From: Candidatus Poseidoniales archaeon
Lineage (GTDB): Archaea > Thermoplasmatota > Poseidoniia > Poseidoniales > Thalassarchaeaceae
Reading direction: 5' to 3'
DNA: 64,000 nucleotides
NCBI GenBank assembly: GCA_012960975.1
Contig: DUAE01000033.1
Coordinates: 40,610-104,609 of the forward strand
The notes beneath the pieces were generated by a model, which was not told where the DNA came from, searched no databases, and worked only from the letters and a program-made list of their open reading frames with translations. This document shows positions 37,084 to 46,311 of this stretch, in pieces. Both the position numbers and the translations under genes were made by a program. Positions within the stretch are counted from its first letter, which is position 1, and every line of letters starts with the position of its first letter.

Positions 37084-40000
37084 TTATTCCTGAATAATCT
37101 CTTGTTGCATTGGATGCTCTACGATCTCTTGCTCAACCGGTTTCCTTAGTTTCAAGTATCCAATTGTACCAATAATTGTGAACACAACGATTATCGCAAC
37201 GATGAGTCCAGTCATTCCAATTGTAGAAGATGAGGTGCCTTCAGTTGATGGTTGAGAATTATTTTCCTCTTGTTGTTGTGGTGAAATGATTGTAAACGGT
37301 GTTGATGATTGATTCAATACTGAAACTTCTCCAATGCGATTGGTAATGGAAAGAACCCAAGGTTGACTCCAAGTCCCTTCTTCAAATCCTGTATTAATTA
37401 GGAGAGAGAGTCCAAGTTGGCCTTGTGAGGAAAGTTCTCCTACCACTGTAGTTTCTTGAATGAATGATGTTGCCCCCAACACTGTTAATGAAACATCCAT
37501 TGGAAAGGTTCCATCAGTATTGCTGATAATACAACTTACTAGGGTTGCAGTTGTATTCATTTGCAGTGATTGTGTCACTTCAGTACACTGAACATCCACG
37601 TTATATTCAATTGCAGAAGAAGCATCTATCGTATTGGAATATTGTTCACATTCGGTACTATCAGTTGCGTCACAAACCAAAACCTGTACTTCAATTGAGT
37701 TATCCAATAATGAAGATAAAGAAACTTCAATCGCCCAATCTCCATCTTGAATAGAGTGATTATCAAGGAGGGTTGTACCTGCACTAGTAATCGTTACCAA
37801 ACCTTCTCTAAAGCGGAATTGGTGTTGTCCGGAAACTGTTAGATTCAAATCATTTGAATCGAATTGCCATGAGCTAATATCTCCTGAAACAAGAGGGGCC
37901 AGTGGTATTATTTCAAACATTGAAGAAGTAATAACCGTTTGACTTGGGTTTCCATATCCATCGAAAAGGAATGCTGTAAGTTCATGAAATCCAATTTCCC
38001 AATCTGTTGTTTGCAATAGAACTGAAGACATTCCTGTATTGATTGGGGAAATGGTTTGATTAGAAACTTGGGTGCCATTGAAAGAAGCAATAACATAGCC
38101 ATTGATCATCTCGTTTTGGTCACTTGACCATTCCAATTGTACAATCATATCACCTATCAATACGATTTCATCATGATTAATTGCTGTTATTACAGGTCCA
38201 GTCAGATCCACTAAACTAAAGGAATAATCAACACCACTTTGGTATCCATCAACATCTTCAGCCATTTGTCCAGTTGTCTCTGAAATATCAACCTCTAATA
38301 GCCATGTCTTCAAATCATCACGGCTTGGAGTCCAATATGCTGTATAGGCATTTTTGTTTTCATCCCAACCAAGCCAAAGAGCCTCTGAATTTCCTTGTGA
38401 AGGCGTTAAGATGACCGATGCCGATAAATCACTTCTATTATGCTGAGATGTAACCGAAAAAATGAATCCATCAACGTGCAATTCCCATGTGCTGGAATCT
38501 TCAAATACAGATATTACATTATGTGTATTATTTGCTGCAGCCATCGTTATTGAAGTGACCGATGGGAAGGCAGGGCCGATTTCAAATGCATAGGCTTGCT
38601 CTACAAATAGCACATTGCCATGAGCATCGACCAGTTCTAATGCAATATAATTTTGAGTTGTAGCTGTAGGGTTAAATCCTGTTGGATTGAAAGAAGCACC
38701 ATACCTTCCTATGGTGGAAAAATAGAATAACGAATTTGTTATTGCTGGTTTTGTACTATCGCCTTGATGAATCCAAGCTGAACCTGTCAGTGTTGTTTCA
38801 CCAATAACATCTCCAACAGTAATTGCAAATGAATCTCCTACACGAATAGATTTTCCAATATTTTCTCCAATTCTATGATATATTGAATAGAGTTGGGGGG
38901 CGATATCATCAATCCACTGTACAGACAGATCTTTGAGAGTCACCTCATAGTTTTGCAAGTTAAATGGAATTGTATCTCCCGAGACTTGCAATGTGTATTG
39001 AGATAAACAAGATGATATGGCATTATACCAATCATTACAAGTTGCAAATGCATATTGTGTTAGGCTTGATTTCAAATCAATATCATGTGTCCAAGACCAA
39101 GACATCTGAGGATGTTTAGCATCCAATTGTACTGCCATAGTTGTTGAAATATTGAAAATTAGTTGATTCATTTCAACTCCATCTGTTCCAATCGTTCCAC
39201 TACTCGGCCATGCATTGATTAATTGTTGAGTAGTGAACTCAATGTCAACTCCTCCTAATTCTGAATTCATAGCCCCAGTATAAACTGTTGAACTACCCAA
39301 CATCACCTCAATTGTATCTGTGGCAGAATTAATTGGCCAATCTATCCATATATTGAGAGATGATGTTGGAATTGCAAATGTTGGAATTGAAATGTTAACT
39401 GTGTGTGAATTAGAATTACTCACAATCGTAGCATTATCTGAATAACCAATTGATTGTGAAAGTGGACCCAAAAGTGTGCTTCCACCTAGCATAGTCATCT
39501 CAAGATTATTGAGAATATGTGCATCATCCCAGAATAACGTATAGTCGCTCAATTCTGGAGAGTGTGTACCTGTACGATTGAATTGATAAGAAAATTGTAC
39601 AGCAGTTAACCGCAGTAATATTTGGTGTGATAAATTGCCTATATTCCAATCACTCCAATCAGTAGAAGTATCTGTTGTTAAGCCAGAAATTGTGTATCTA
39701 TATTTGAATATTAAACTTGAATTTACTGGAATTGTTGAAGTGTGATTTATCCATCCATCAATAATTTCTCCGCCATTTGGCGACCATGCATCGGTAATGA
39801 AAGAACCGTCATTCTCATCGACCTCGTTTGAAACTGTATAGCCTGCCCAAGTAGAGGAACTGTTGACTCCAGTTGAACCTGAAGAACCCGGCACCCCAGT
39901 TGAACCGGTTCCATATGGTTGGCCTCCACTACCACCACTACCAGCTGAAACAGAAATAGTTCCTTGATTGTAATAATTGGAGACTTTGGTCATTATAGTA

Positions 40001-41082
40001 ATACGGCCGCCGCCGCCGCCGCCGCCGCCATCTCCGCCATGGAAGAGACCGATGCAGGCACCTGAACAGAAACTAGGGGCACCATGCCCACCATCTCCGC
40101 CAACCGCTTCAATAATGCCACCTAAGTCGACATTTACTGTATTTGCTTTAATGAAAATTGAACCTCCACTTCCACCACCAGCACCTGAACCACCTGGTCC
40201 TGAGCCTCCTGAAATCGGATGGCCATTTGTACCATTCTCTCCATTGGATTGGATTGTTCCATTAACATCAATTTGTTCTGCAAATATTCGTATATATCCG
40301 CCGCCGTTTCCACCGCCTGCAGTTGGATGATTTGGACTACTGACTGAACCGCCTTGTGAGCCCGGTTCGGTAGAATTTCCATAGGATGATCCGCCATTAC
40401 TGGGGCCACCTCCACCACTGCCGCCACTGCCGCCATGACCTGCGCCACCGCCGCCATCACTGTAGCCATTGATATTTGCAACAATTGAACCACCAGCACC
40501 AGTACCACCACTACTTATTGCGTTTGCAGAAATGGTTGTTCCAGCCGCAACAACCAGTATTCTAACGGTAATCGTTAGGTTTCCAGTAGCAGTTATTGAG
40601 CCACAAGTTTGGACCCCACAACTTAAATTAAGAGTATCATAACTATGAGAACCTGACCATTGAACGGCATTTTGAATGGTAGTAGAGTTATTTCCTGACC
40701 CTGGCGGTCCTGCATTTGCATTGATTAGTTCAACGCCCGTTGTAGTTACAAATGTATTATTGAGTGTTCCGATCGTTTGAGCATTTGCCATATTATAATA
40801 CATTGATTGAGTTGAAGAATGTGGTAACACTTCTACTCCAACACTTGCATTGAGTAAGCGATGCCCTCCTTGATGAAGAAAAATAGCAGCACCCCCCATA
40901 TCGGCCATTATTGTAGTGGTTGGTGAACCACTGGAGAAAGTGTTGACATCAACGATTTGACTAACTTTTGATGAATTATCAAGTTCTAATAACTCTGATT
41001 CCATAAACAATGGAGAAATCGATGAAATTATTAGAAGAATGCTCAAAAAAACAACTTCTCTTGTATATGCATTGTTTGCCAT
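37084..41082 (-). CDS. Large cell-surface protein: signal peptide, Gly-rich domain, beta-rich repeats, C-terminal TM anchor
   Basis: About 1330 aa, GGGGAGHGG/GGGSGGSI repeats, more than 20 N-x-S/T sequons, TM helix followed by KLRK. Confidence 0.85.
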   Translation of the reverse strand: MANNAYTREVVFLSILLIISSISPLFMESELLELDNSSKVSQIVDVNTFSSGSPTTTIMADMGGAAIFLHQGGHRLLNASVGVEVLPHSSTQSMYYNMANAQTIGTLNNTFVTTTGVELINANAGPPGSGNNSTTIQNAVQWSGSHSYDTLNLSCGVQTCGSITATGNLTITVRILVVAAGTTISANAISSGGTGAGGSIVANINGYSDGGGGAGHGGSGGSGGGGPSNGGSSYGNSTEPGSQGGSVSSPNHPTAGGGNGGGYIRIFAEQIDVNGTIQSNGENGTNGHPISGGSGPGGSGAGGGSGGSIFIKANTVNVDLGGIIEAVGGDGGHGAPSFCSGACIGLFHGGDGGGGGGGGRITIMTKVSNYYNQGTISVSAGSGGSGGQPYGTGSTGVPGSSGSTGVNSSSTWAGYTVSNEVDENDGSFITDAWSPNGGEIIDGWINHTSTIPVNSSLIFKYRYTISGLTTDTSTDWSDWNIGNLSHQILLRLTAVQFSYQFNRTGTHSPELSDYTLFWDDAHILNNLEMTMLGGSTLLGPLSQSIGYSDNATIVSNSNSHTVNISIPTFAIPTSSLNIWIDWPINSATDTIEVMLGSSTVYTGAMNSELGGVDIEFTTQQLINAWPSSGTIGTDGVEMNQLIFNISTTMAVQLDAKHPQMSWSWTHDIDLKSSLTQYAFATCNDWYNAISSCLSQYTLQVSGDTIPFNLQNYEVTLKDLSVQWIDDIAPQLYSIYHRIGENIGKSIRVGDSFAITVGDVIGETTLTGSAWIHQGDSTKPAITNSLFYFSTIGRYGASFNPTGFNPTATTQNYIALELVDAHGNVLFVEQAYAFEIGPAFPSVTSITMAAANNTHNVISVFEDSSTWELHVDGFIFSVTSQHNRSDLSASVILTPSQGNSEALWLGWDENKNAYTAYWTPSRDDLKTWLLEVDISETTGQMAEDVDGYQSGVDYSFSLVDLTGPVITAINHDEIVLIGDMIVQLEWSSDQNEMINGYVIASFNGTQVSNQTISPINTGMSSVLLQTTDWEIGFHELTAFLFDGYGNPSQTVITSSMFEIIPLAPLVSGDISSWQFDSNDLNLTVSGQHQFRFREGLVTITSAGTTLLDNHSIQDGDWAIEVSLSSLLDNSIEVQVLVCDATDSTECEQYSNTIDASSAIEYNVDVQCTEVTQSLQMNTTATLVSCIISNTDGTFPMDVSLTVLGATSFIQETTVVGELSSQGQLGLSLLINTGFEEGTWSQPWVLSITNRIGEVSVLNQSSTPFTIISPQQQEENNSQPSTEGTSSSTIGMTGLIVAIIVVFTIIGTIGYLKLRKPVEQEIVEHPMQQEIIQE

Positions 41083-41157
41083 AATATGTGATATGATATG
41101 GCTCTTAATAGATTTTTTCGGAATCACTCCTTTTTCACCTTGGGCGATGAAGGGTCA

Positions 41158-42087
41158 TCAGGATTCGTCAATAATGAGATTTGAATCAATATATTTCGAA
41201 AGATTTTTTTGAAATTCAAGTTCTTCAGAAAAAACGGTTTCTAGTTCTTTTCTAACTTCTTCGGACAACTCTGGCCTTCGATAGGGTTTGGGTTTGAAGG
41301 CAGGGGAGCGTATTGGGTCTAGAATTGCCTTTCGTAATTTCTGAGTGGGGATTAGAATTTTTACCAAAGATACTAGTAAAGTTGGTGGCGTTCTAACAAA
41401 CCGTGCCCATCTTGCAGAATTTAATATCCCACTTTCATTTTGCTTTGATAAATTTATATCGTCTGAAAATTTTTCAATCCCCAACCATTCTAGTATTTCG
41501 TTCAGTGTTTGGAGGGGGGCTGCTTTGATGGTATTTATTGGTATGATCCTAACTCTGTCGCCTAATTTTTCTACCCATTCAAGAACGGGCTGTTTTAATT
41601 GGGGAAATCGCATAAAACTGTATGTTTGTGGGTTATTTTCATCGATTACAAATCCTGCCTCGCGGCAAAAATCTATCATTTCATCTTGTGTGAGTGTGTA
41701 ATCAATCAATCTTTTTCGATGTTCTTGATGCATGCTTAACATTATATCTATTGGATCTCGGAGTGTAATTATCACCTTCGCTTCTGGCATTTGATCTTTA
41801 ATTGAAGATAGTGCCCTTGTTGAATAGAGGTGAAATGCGGATTTGTCCATTACGTAATTTTCCTTGTTATAGTTAGAAAGATCTGCATATGGAGCTAGGA
41901 TTCCGATTCCCTTTGGATGTATTGGAGAGGTTGGAAATTCTGCAACGCCGGCGATTAAAAATTGACTCTCATTTGGCCATGGATGGTAAATCTGTTTATG
42001 GGACCTGAGCCAATGCATCAACGAGGTTGTGCCGGTTTTTGGACCGCCGACAAGAAGTAAATTTGGCGCGGGTTCGAATCGGTGCAT
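41158..42087 (-). CDS. PAPS-dependent sulfotransferase
   Basis: GGPKTGTTSL, DKSAFHL, ITLRDPIDIMLSM. Confidence 0.85.
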   Translation of the reverse strand: MHRFEPAPNLLLVGGPKTGTTSLMHWLRSHKQIYHPWPNESQFLIAGVAEFPTSPIHPKGIGILAPYADLSNYNKENYVMDKSAFHLYSTRALSSIKDQMPEAKVIITLRDPIDIMLSMHQEHRKRLIDYTLTQDEMIDFCREAGFVIDENNPQTYSFMRFPQLKQPVLEWVEKLGDRVRIIPINTIKAAPLQTLNEILEWLGIEKFSDDINLSKQNESGILNSARWARFVRTPPTLLVSLVKILIPTQKLRKAILDPIRSPAFKPKPYRRPELSEEVRKELETVFSEELEFQKNLSKYIDSNLIIDES

Positions 42088-42140
42088 AACAAATCCTCGA
42101 CCCTTGGGCGGGCTATATTGACTTGAACGCCACGCTCTGA

Positions 42141-42368
42141 TTAGTTGTTGCGAAAGTGAGATACCACTACTGGTGCGATAGACTCTGAGGGGTTGATCTC
42201 TTCGAGTGAAATAATATTGATATTTCTCCGTGGCACCCCGTGGCGGCTACCAAAATTAGAGAAAATTCGGTGTTCGGCATCTCCTTCATCTTCTGCAACG
42301 ATATCTGTGGTGAACTCTTGATTAGTTCGTCCATTGCGGTATGTTCCTATCGCACGGTAAGCCTTCAT
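42141..42368 (-). CDS. rpl18a: 50S ribosomal protein L18Ae/L20a (LX)
   Basis: MKAYR...F...AEHRIFSNFGSRHGVPRRNINI. TTTATA lies ~25 nt upstream of ATG 42368. Confidence 0.9.
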   Translation of the reverse strand: MKAYRAIGTYRNGRTNQEFTTDIVAEDEGDAEHRIFSNFGSRHGVPRRNINIISLEEINPSESIAPVVVSHFRNN

Positions 42369-42505
42369 GGCGCCGGCGACTTTCGGCATTGATATAAACG
42401 CCACTAAAGTTGGTGATGTTGATTTGGGTGTGAATTAGGTGCCTTAATCAGAGACTCTTACTCAAGGTTCAAGTGTATCCTGCGTTGGATTCAATGTGGT
42501 TGAAT

Positions 42506-42967
42506 ATGGCATCTAAGAGCGTCGAGGAGGGGTTTTCTGATGAAGGGGGGGGTTCCCTCTCCGAACGACTTGGGGTTTTCTCTAATACTCAACTGATTGA
42601 AGAAGTGATAACTGTCTGGGATGAGTTAATTCGCTCAGAGCAAGAGTTGGCGAATACACGGCAGCGCTTACGTGCCCTAGAAATAGAATTCTCATCGTCA
42701 AATCAGGAAGTAAATGACCGGGCCCGCACTTCACGTATTGAAGAAGAGCTTCGGGTCGCCAAAACAAAAATTGCTCAGTTAGAGTTGTTTTTAGAAAATG
42801 CAGAAGCAAGGATCCTTGAAAACAACAACCTCCAAACATCAGGGCGTTTTGAGGAATTGCAAAAGGAAAATGTGAGATTGCTACAATCTGAAGAAGAGCA
42901 GCTTCTCTTAATATTAGATATGGAAGAGCAATTGGATAAATTAATTAAAAAATTGAAAGAAGATTGA
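42506..42967 (+). CDS. Coiled-coil hypothetical protein
   Basis: E/L/Q/R-rich heptad pattern. Confidence 0.6.
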   Translation: MASKSVEEGFSDEGGGSLSERLGVFSNTQLIEEVITVWDELIRSEQELANTRQRLRALEIEFSSSNQEVNDRARTSRIEEELRVAKTKIAQLELFLENAEARILENNNLQTSGRFEELQKENVRLLQSEEEQLLLILDMEEQLDKLIKKLKED

Positions 42968-42970
42968 CTT

Positions 42971-43780
42971 TCAAGAGTTCATTTCCGCAATGAATTGAGA
43001 GAGTGCGTTTTGTAACTCGTCGGCGTCATTATATGATTCGGTTAGATTGCCAGTAACTATCCAGTCGGCTCCTGCACTAACCGCGGTTTTCGCAGCAGCT
43101 CCATCTCGAATCCCCCCCCCTACAATTATTGTCAATTCACACGATTCTCTGGCGGTTTCAATCAATTGGGCCGAAACCGGCTTGGCCGCACCACTTCCTG
43201 CCTCTAAGTAAAGCATTTTGAAGCCATAAAATTCTGCCGTTATAGCATATGATGAAACTCGTTCTGTATCGCTTGGTTTGATCAGGTCAACTTGGCCGAC
43301 TTGCCCCACCCTGCCGCCGGGTGCACAGACAAGATAGCCCATTGAAAGAGGTGTGATTTTCGCCTTTTTGATGAAGGGGGCTCCAATGACTTGTTCCTCA
43401 ATGAGATATTGTGGAGAGGTGCTGTTCATGAGCATCATGAAAGTTATCGCATCGGCTTCCGGTGACAATGCGGAAGCGCCTTGTGGGAAAAGAACAACCG
43501 GTACTTTCCAATCTTTTTCGCCTTGTTCTGAAGACTGGGTCGCCGCCCAATTAATCAATTCAAGAGATTCTTGAATCGCAATTATTGTATTGTGTACGTT
43601 GCTCATATCTGTGCCTGTTGAACCACCTACCAGAATCATGCGGCTACCTGCAGTAACAGCAGCAATTGCCCGCTTTGCTGCAACTGAAGGTGATTGGTCG
43701 GCGGGGTCGATTAGGATGGCGTGGCGTGCTTGTGATTGTCTGTTACAGACATAATTAACAACCCAATTTGTACCACCCAT
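42971..43780 (-). CDS. Geranylgeranylglyceryl phosphate synthase
   Basis: LIDPA, VGGST, VLFP, LMNS, YLEAGSGA, VGGGIR, VTGN. Confidence 0.92.
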   Translation of the reverse strand: MGGTNWVVNYVCNRQSQARHAILIDPADQSPSVAAKRAIAAVTAGSRMILVGGSTGTDMSNVHNTIIAIQESLELINWAATQSSEQGEKDWKVPVVLFPQGASALSPEADAITFMMLMNSTSPQYLIEEQVIGAPFIKKAKITPLSMGYLVCAPGGRVGQVGQVDLIKPSDTERVSSYAITAEFYGFKMLYLEAGSGAAKPVSAQLIETARESCELTIIVGGGIRDGAAAKTAVSAGADWIVTGNLTESYNDADELQNALSQFIAEMNS

Positions 43781-43826
43781 ACTCTTTCGAGGGGCGCTTA
43801 CATTCTAAGGTTTCAGAGAGTCGTCT

Positions 43827-44450
43827 TCAAGATTTGATTGTGTTTGCGGTTTTTATTCCATCCTCAATCATATCTTCTAAGGCGTTACGAGGATCTGTTC
43901 CGCACCAAGACATTGTTTGTAACCAAACCTCTTCATTTCTATTTTCACCCTGCCACCACACCTCTATGGTACCATCAACACGCGCCCCAATAATATCAAA
44001 TTCTTTTTCTAAAATATTAGTGGATATCCCTCCCTTCCACTTTTTATTTGATTTTTCTTTTCTAAAATCGAATATATTATCAAATGATTGGGTTGAGTGG
44101 GGGATTAATCCGGCTCCCTCGAATTCGATTCTATCGGTGGATGTTTTTGTGACTTTAGTTCGTAGAAGAATGGTTGCATTTCGTTTAGAAAGAGATATCG
44201 CTATTGATTTTAAGAGCCATGCATGCCGAACCGCAGTTGAAGATTGGTTTGGAGTCTGTAGTAAAAGGCCAGAATGCCACTTACTAGATATCAATGGCCA
44301 TTTGGAGAAAATTCCAGGAGCATCTTCACCAAATCCTGCTTCTGCAGATTCATCAAAAAGAGTGATTGTTGTGTTGTTGTCATTGTCAAGAATTTGATGA
44401 GCACAAATATATGCATCTATGGTAGAACCAATAATTGCCACACCCCTCAA
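43827..44450 (-). CDS. Short, degenerate FAD-oxidoreductase-like protein
   Basis: VAIIGSTIDAYICA...TLFDESAEAG looks like an eroded Rossmann start. TTG start follows GGTGA. Confidence 0.5.
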   Translation of the reverse strand: MRGVAIIGSTIDAYICAHQILDNDNNTTITLFDESAEAGFGEDAPGIFSKWPLISSKWHSGLLLQTPNQSSTAVRHAWLLKSIAISLSKRNATILLRTKVTKTSTDRIEFEGAGLIPHSTQSFDNIFDFRKEKSNKKWKGGISTNILEKEFDIIGARVDGTIEVWWQGENRNEEVWLQTMSWCGTDPRNALEDMIEDGIKTANTIKS

Positions 44451-44455
44451 TATTA

Positions 44456-44647
44456 TCACCTTATTTCTATTGCAAAAACCGGACATATAGGTAAACAAAG
44501 TTCACAATGAGTGCATTTACTTTCTTCAACATCAATTAAAAGATTGTTTAAAGATAAAGCATCAAGAGGACAAATTGCCACACAAGCTGCACAACCAAAG
44601 CAACGAGAATCATTGATGGTAAGTAAGTGATCAGGAGTTTTCAACAA
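44456..44647 (-). CDS. 2x[4Fe-4S] ferredoxin
   Basis: CFGCAACVAICP and CTHCELCLPICP. Confidence 0.92.
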   Translation of the reverse strand: MLKTPDHLLTINDSRCFGCAACVAICPLDALSLNNLLIDVEESKCTHCELCLPICPVFAIEIR

Positions 44648-44685
44648 GTGGGGTGAGTGGGGTTGTGTTTCTCAAATTACCCCAA

Positions 44686-44865
44686 CCCCCCAATTTCCAT
44701 TCGAAAAGAAATAACATTAAAATAAATCTAATAAAAATGGCTTCTATTTATTGATTTACGATATTCATTAGGCTTCTGACACTGAAGGGTATTAATCATA
44801 TCTAGAAATAATATAGTTTCATCAAAAAAGAATAAAATCAACATTACAGTGGAACTCATGGGGGT
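44686..44865. other. Candidate replication origin: inverted ORB-like boxes flanking an AT-rich core
   Basis: Minus strand TTCGAATGGAAATTGGGGGG at 44686-44705, plus strand TTACAGTGGAACTCATGGGGGT at 44844-44865. The 138-bp spacer has 31 G+C by hand count. Confidence 0.5.
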
Positions 44866-44910
44866 CCCATCCGATTCCCTCATCACTAATCACTTACCCC
44901 GCAAGATGAA

Positions 44911-46221
44911 ATGGTTCTTTACACGCCAGGGCGCACAACTAAATATTCATCAAAAAACATTGATTCAGGAATCCAATTTCATTTTCTCGGTGGGGGAAAC
45001 GAAGTTGGGAATGTTGGGTGTGTTATTGAAGATTCAACCGGCACAAGATTGTTGATTGATTATGGATTAGCCCCAACTCGCCCCCCAAAATATCCGGACG
45101 AATGCCCCCCAATTTCTGACGCCATAATCACCCATAGCCACATTGATCATATTGGAATGGCCCCCTGGCTAACCCAACATCAAAATATTCGTTTGCATGG
45201 AACAAGTCTAACTGCAGATGTATCTGAAATAATGTGGCGTGATACGTATAAAGTTTCAAGCATTGAAGGCTATCCATTAGCTTGGGATAAACGAGATATG
45301 GAATATGCCCTAGATTCTTGGTATCCCCATGAATACGGAGAATGGTTCAAGGTGGGCGCGTGGAAATGCCGATTGCATCGAGCGGGCCACTTACCTGGCG
45401 CGGCTATGGTAGAAATCAAAACCCCAACTCATAGTATCCTTTGGTCAGGTGATATTGACACTCGAGACAGCCCGAATACCCTTGGGGCAATTCCTGTGGA
45501 ATGTGACATACTTTGTTTGGAGGGGACCTATGGAGGAAGAGAGCACCCTGACCGCCCCAAAGAAGAGCAAAAGTTAGTCCAAAAAGTGCTTGATATCGTT
45601 GGAAAAAGGGGGGTTGCCCTAATTCCAGCCTTTGCATCGGGGCGGGGCCAAGACATCCTCATGATTTTGCATCAATATGCCCCCCACCTCAATGTCCATT
45701 TTGATGGAATGGGGACGAGAATTACTTCACATTGGTTCGACAATCCACAACATATTCGTGATCCGAACCGACTCAAAGACATGTGGAGATGGGTTAAGCG
45801 TGTTTCTGGTAAATCAGATAGGAAAAAGGCGCTTACTGCGGATGTAATTGTAACCACGAGTGGGATGTTGGATGGAGGGCCAGCGTTGTGGTATCTCAAT
45901 AGGTTGCGGCACGATCTTTCCAATGAAATTTTATTGACGGGGTATCAAGCAGAAGGGTCGGGCGGACGGAAGCTTCTAGACGAGGGAAAAATCAATATTT
46001 TCCGCAATCTTATTCAAATAGACTTAGAGATCACCCGATTTCAACTTTCTAATCATGCGGGCCACAGTGAATTGTGTAATTTTGCAAGAGAATGTAAGCC
46101 AAAACACCTAATTCTTTTCCATGCTCCTGATGAAGGCCGAAATGATATTTTTTCCGAATTAAGTGAAGAAATGGAGACCCATCTTCCAGTTAATGGAAGG
46201 CCAATACAAATAGACCCCTGA
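44911..46221 (+). CDS. Beta-CASP metallo-beta-lactamase ribonuclease (aCPSF2-like)
   Basis: GGGNEVG, THSHIDHIG, AGHLPGA, SGD, EGTYG, PAFASGRGQ, TSGML, GYQAEG, SNHAG. Confidence 0.9.
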   Translation: MVLYTPGRTTKYSSKNIDSGIQFHFLGGGNEVGNVGCVIEDSTGTRLLIDYGLAPTRPPKYPDECPPISDAIITHSHIDHIGMAPWLTQHQNIRLHGTSLTADVSEIMWRDTYKVSSIEGYPLAWDKRDMEYALDSWYPHEYGEWFKVGAWKCRLHRAGHLPGAAMVEIKTPTHSILWSGDIDTRDSPNTLGAIPVECDILCLEGTYGGREHPDRPKEEQKLVQKVLDIVGKRGVALIPAFASGRGQDILMILHQYAPHLNVHFDGMGTRITSHWFDNPQHIRDPNRLKDMWRWVKRVSGKSDRKKALTADVIVTTSGMLDGGPALWYLNRLRHDLSNEILLTGYQAEGSGGRKLLDEGKINIFRNLIQIDLEITRFQLSNHAGHSELCNFARECKPKHLILFHAPDEGRNDIFSELSEEMETHLPVNGRPIQIDP

Positions 46222-46311
46222 TTTCTTTCTTCAGTGAAATTCATAGGCTTTGTGTGTTAACGCTCGCGTATACGGTAGACGCCGTGTAAAGGAAATACAG
46301 GTGAAAAAAAT

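Noticed and set aside
39977-40511. Pro-rich and Val-rich ORFs inside the large surface gene
   Set aside because: These are shadow frames of the Gly-rich coding region.
43768-44397. 209-aa plus-strand ORF
   Set aside because: It is antisense to the minus-strand ORF, which has an SD-like signal, a Rossmann-like start and fits the ferredoxin-GGGPS run.
46222-46311. Purine riboswitch upstream of the NCS2 permease
   Set aside because: There is only a short hairpin (TACGG...CCGTG). The conserved purine aptamer core is absent on the sense strand.
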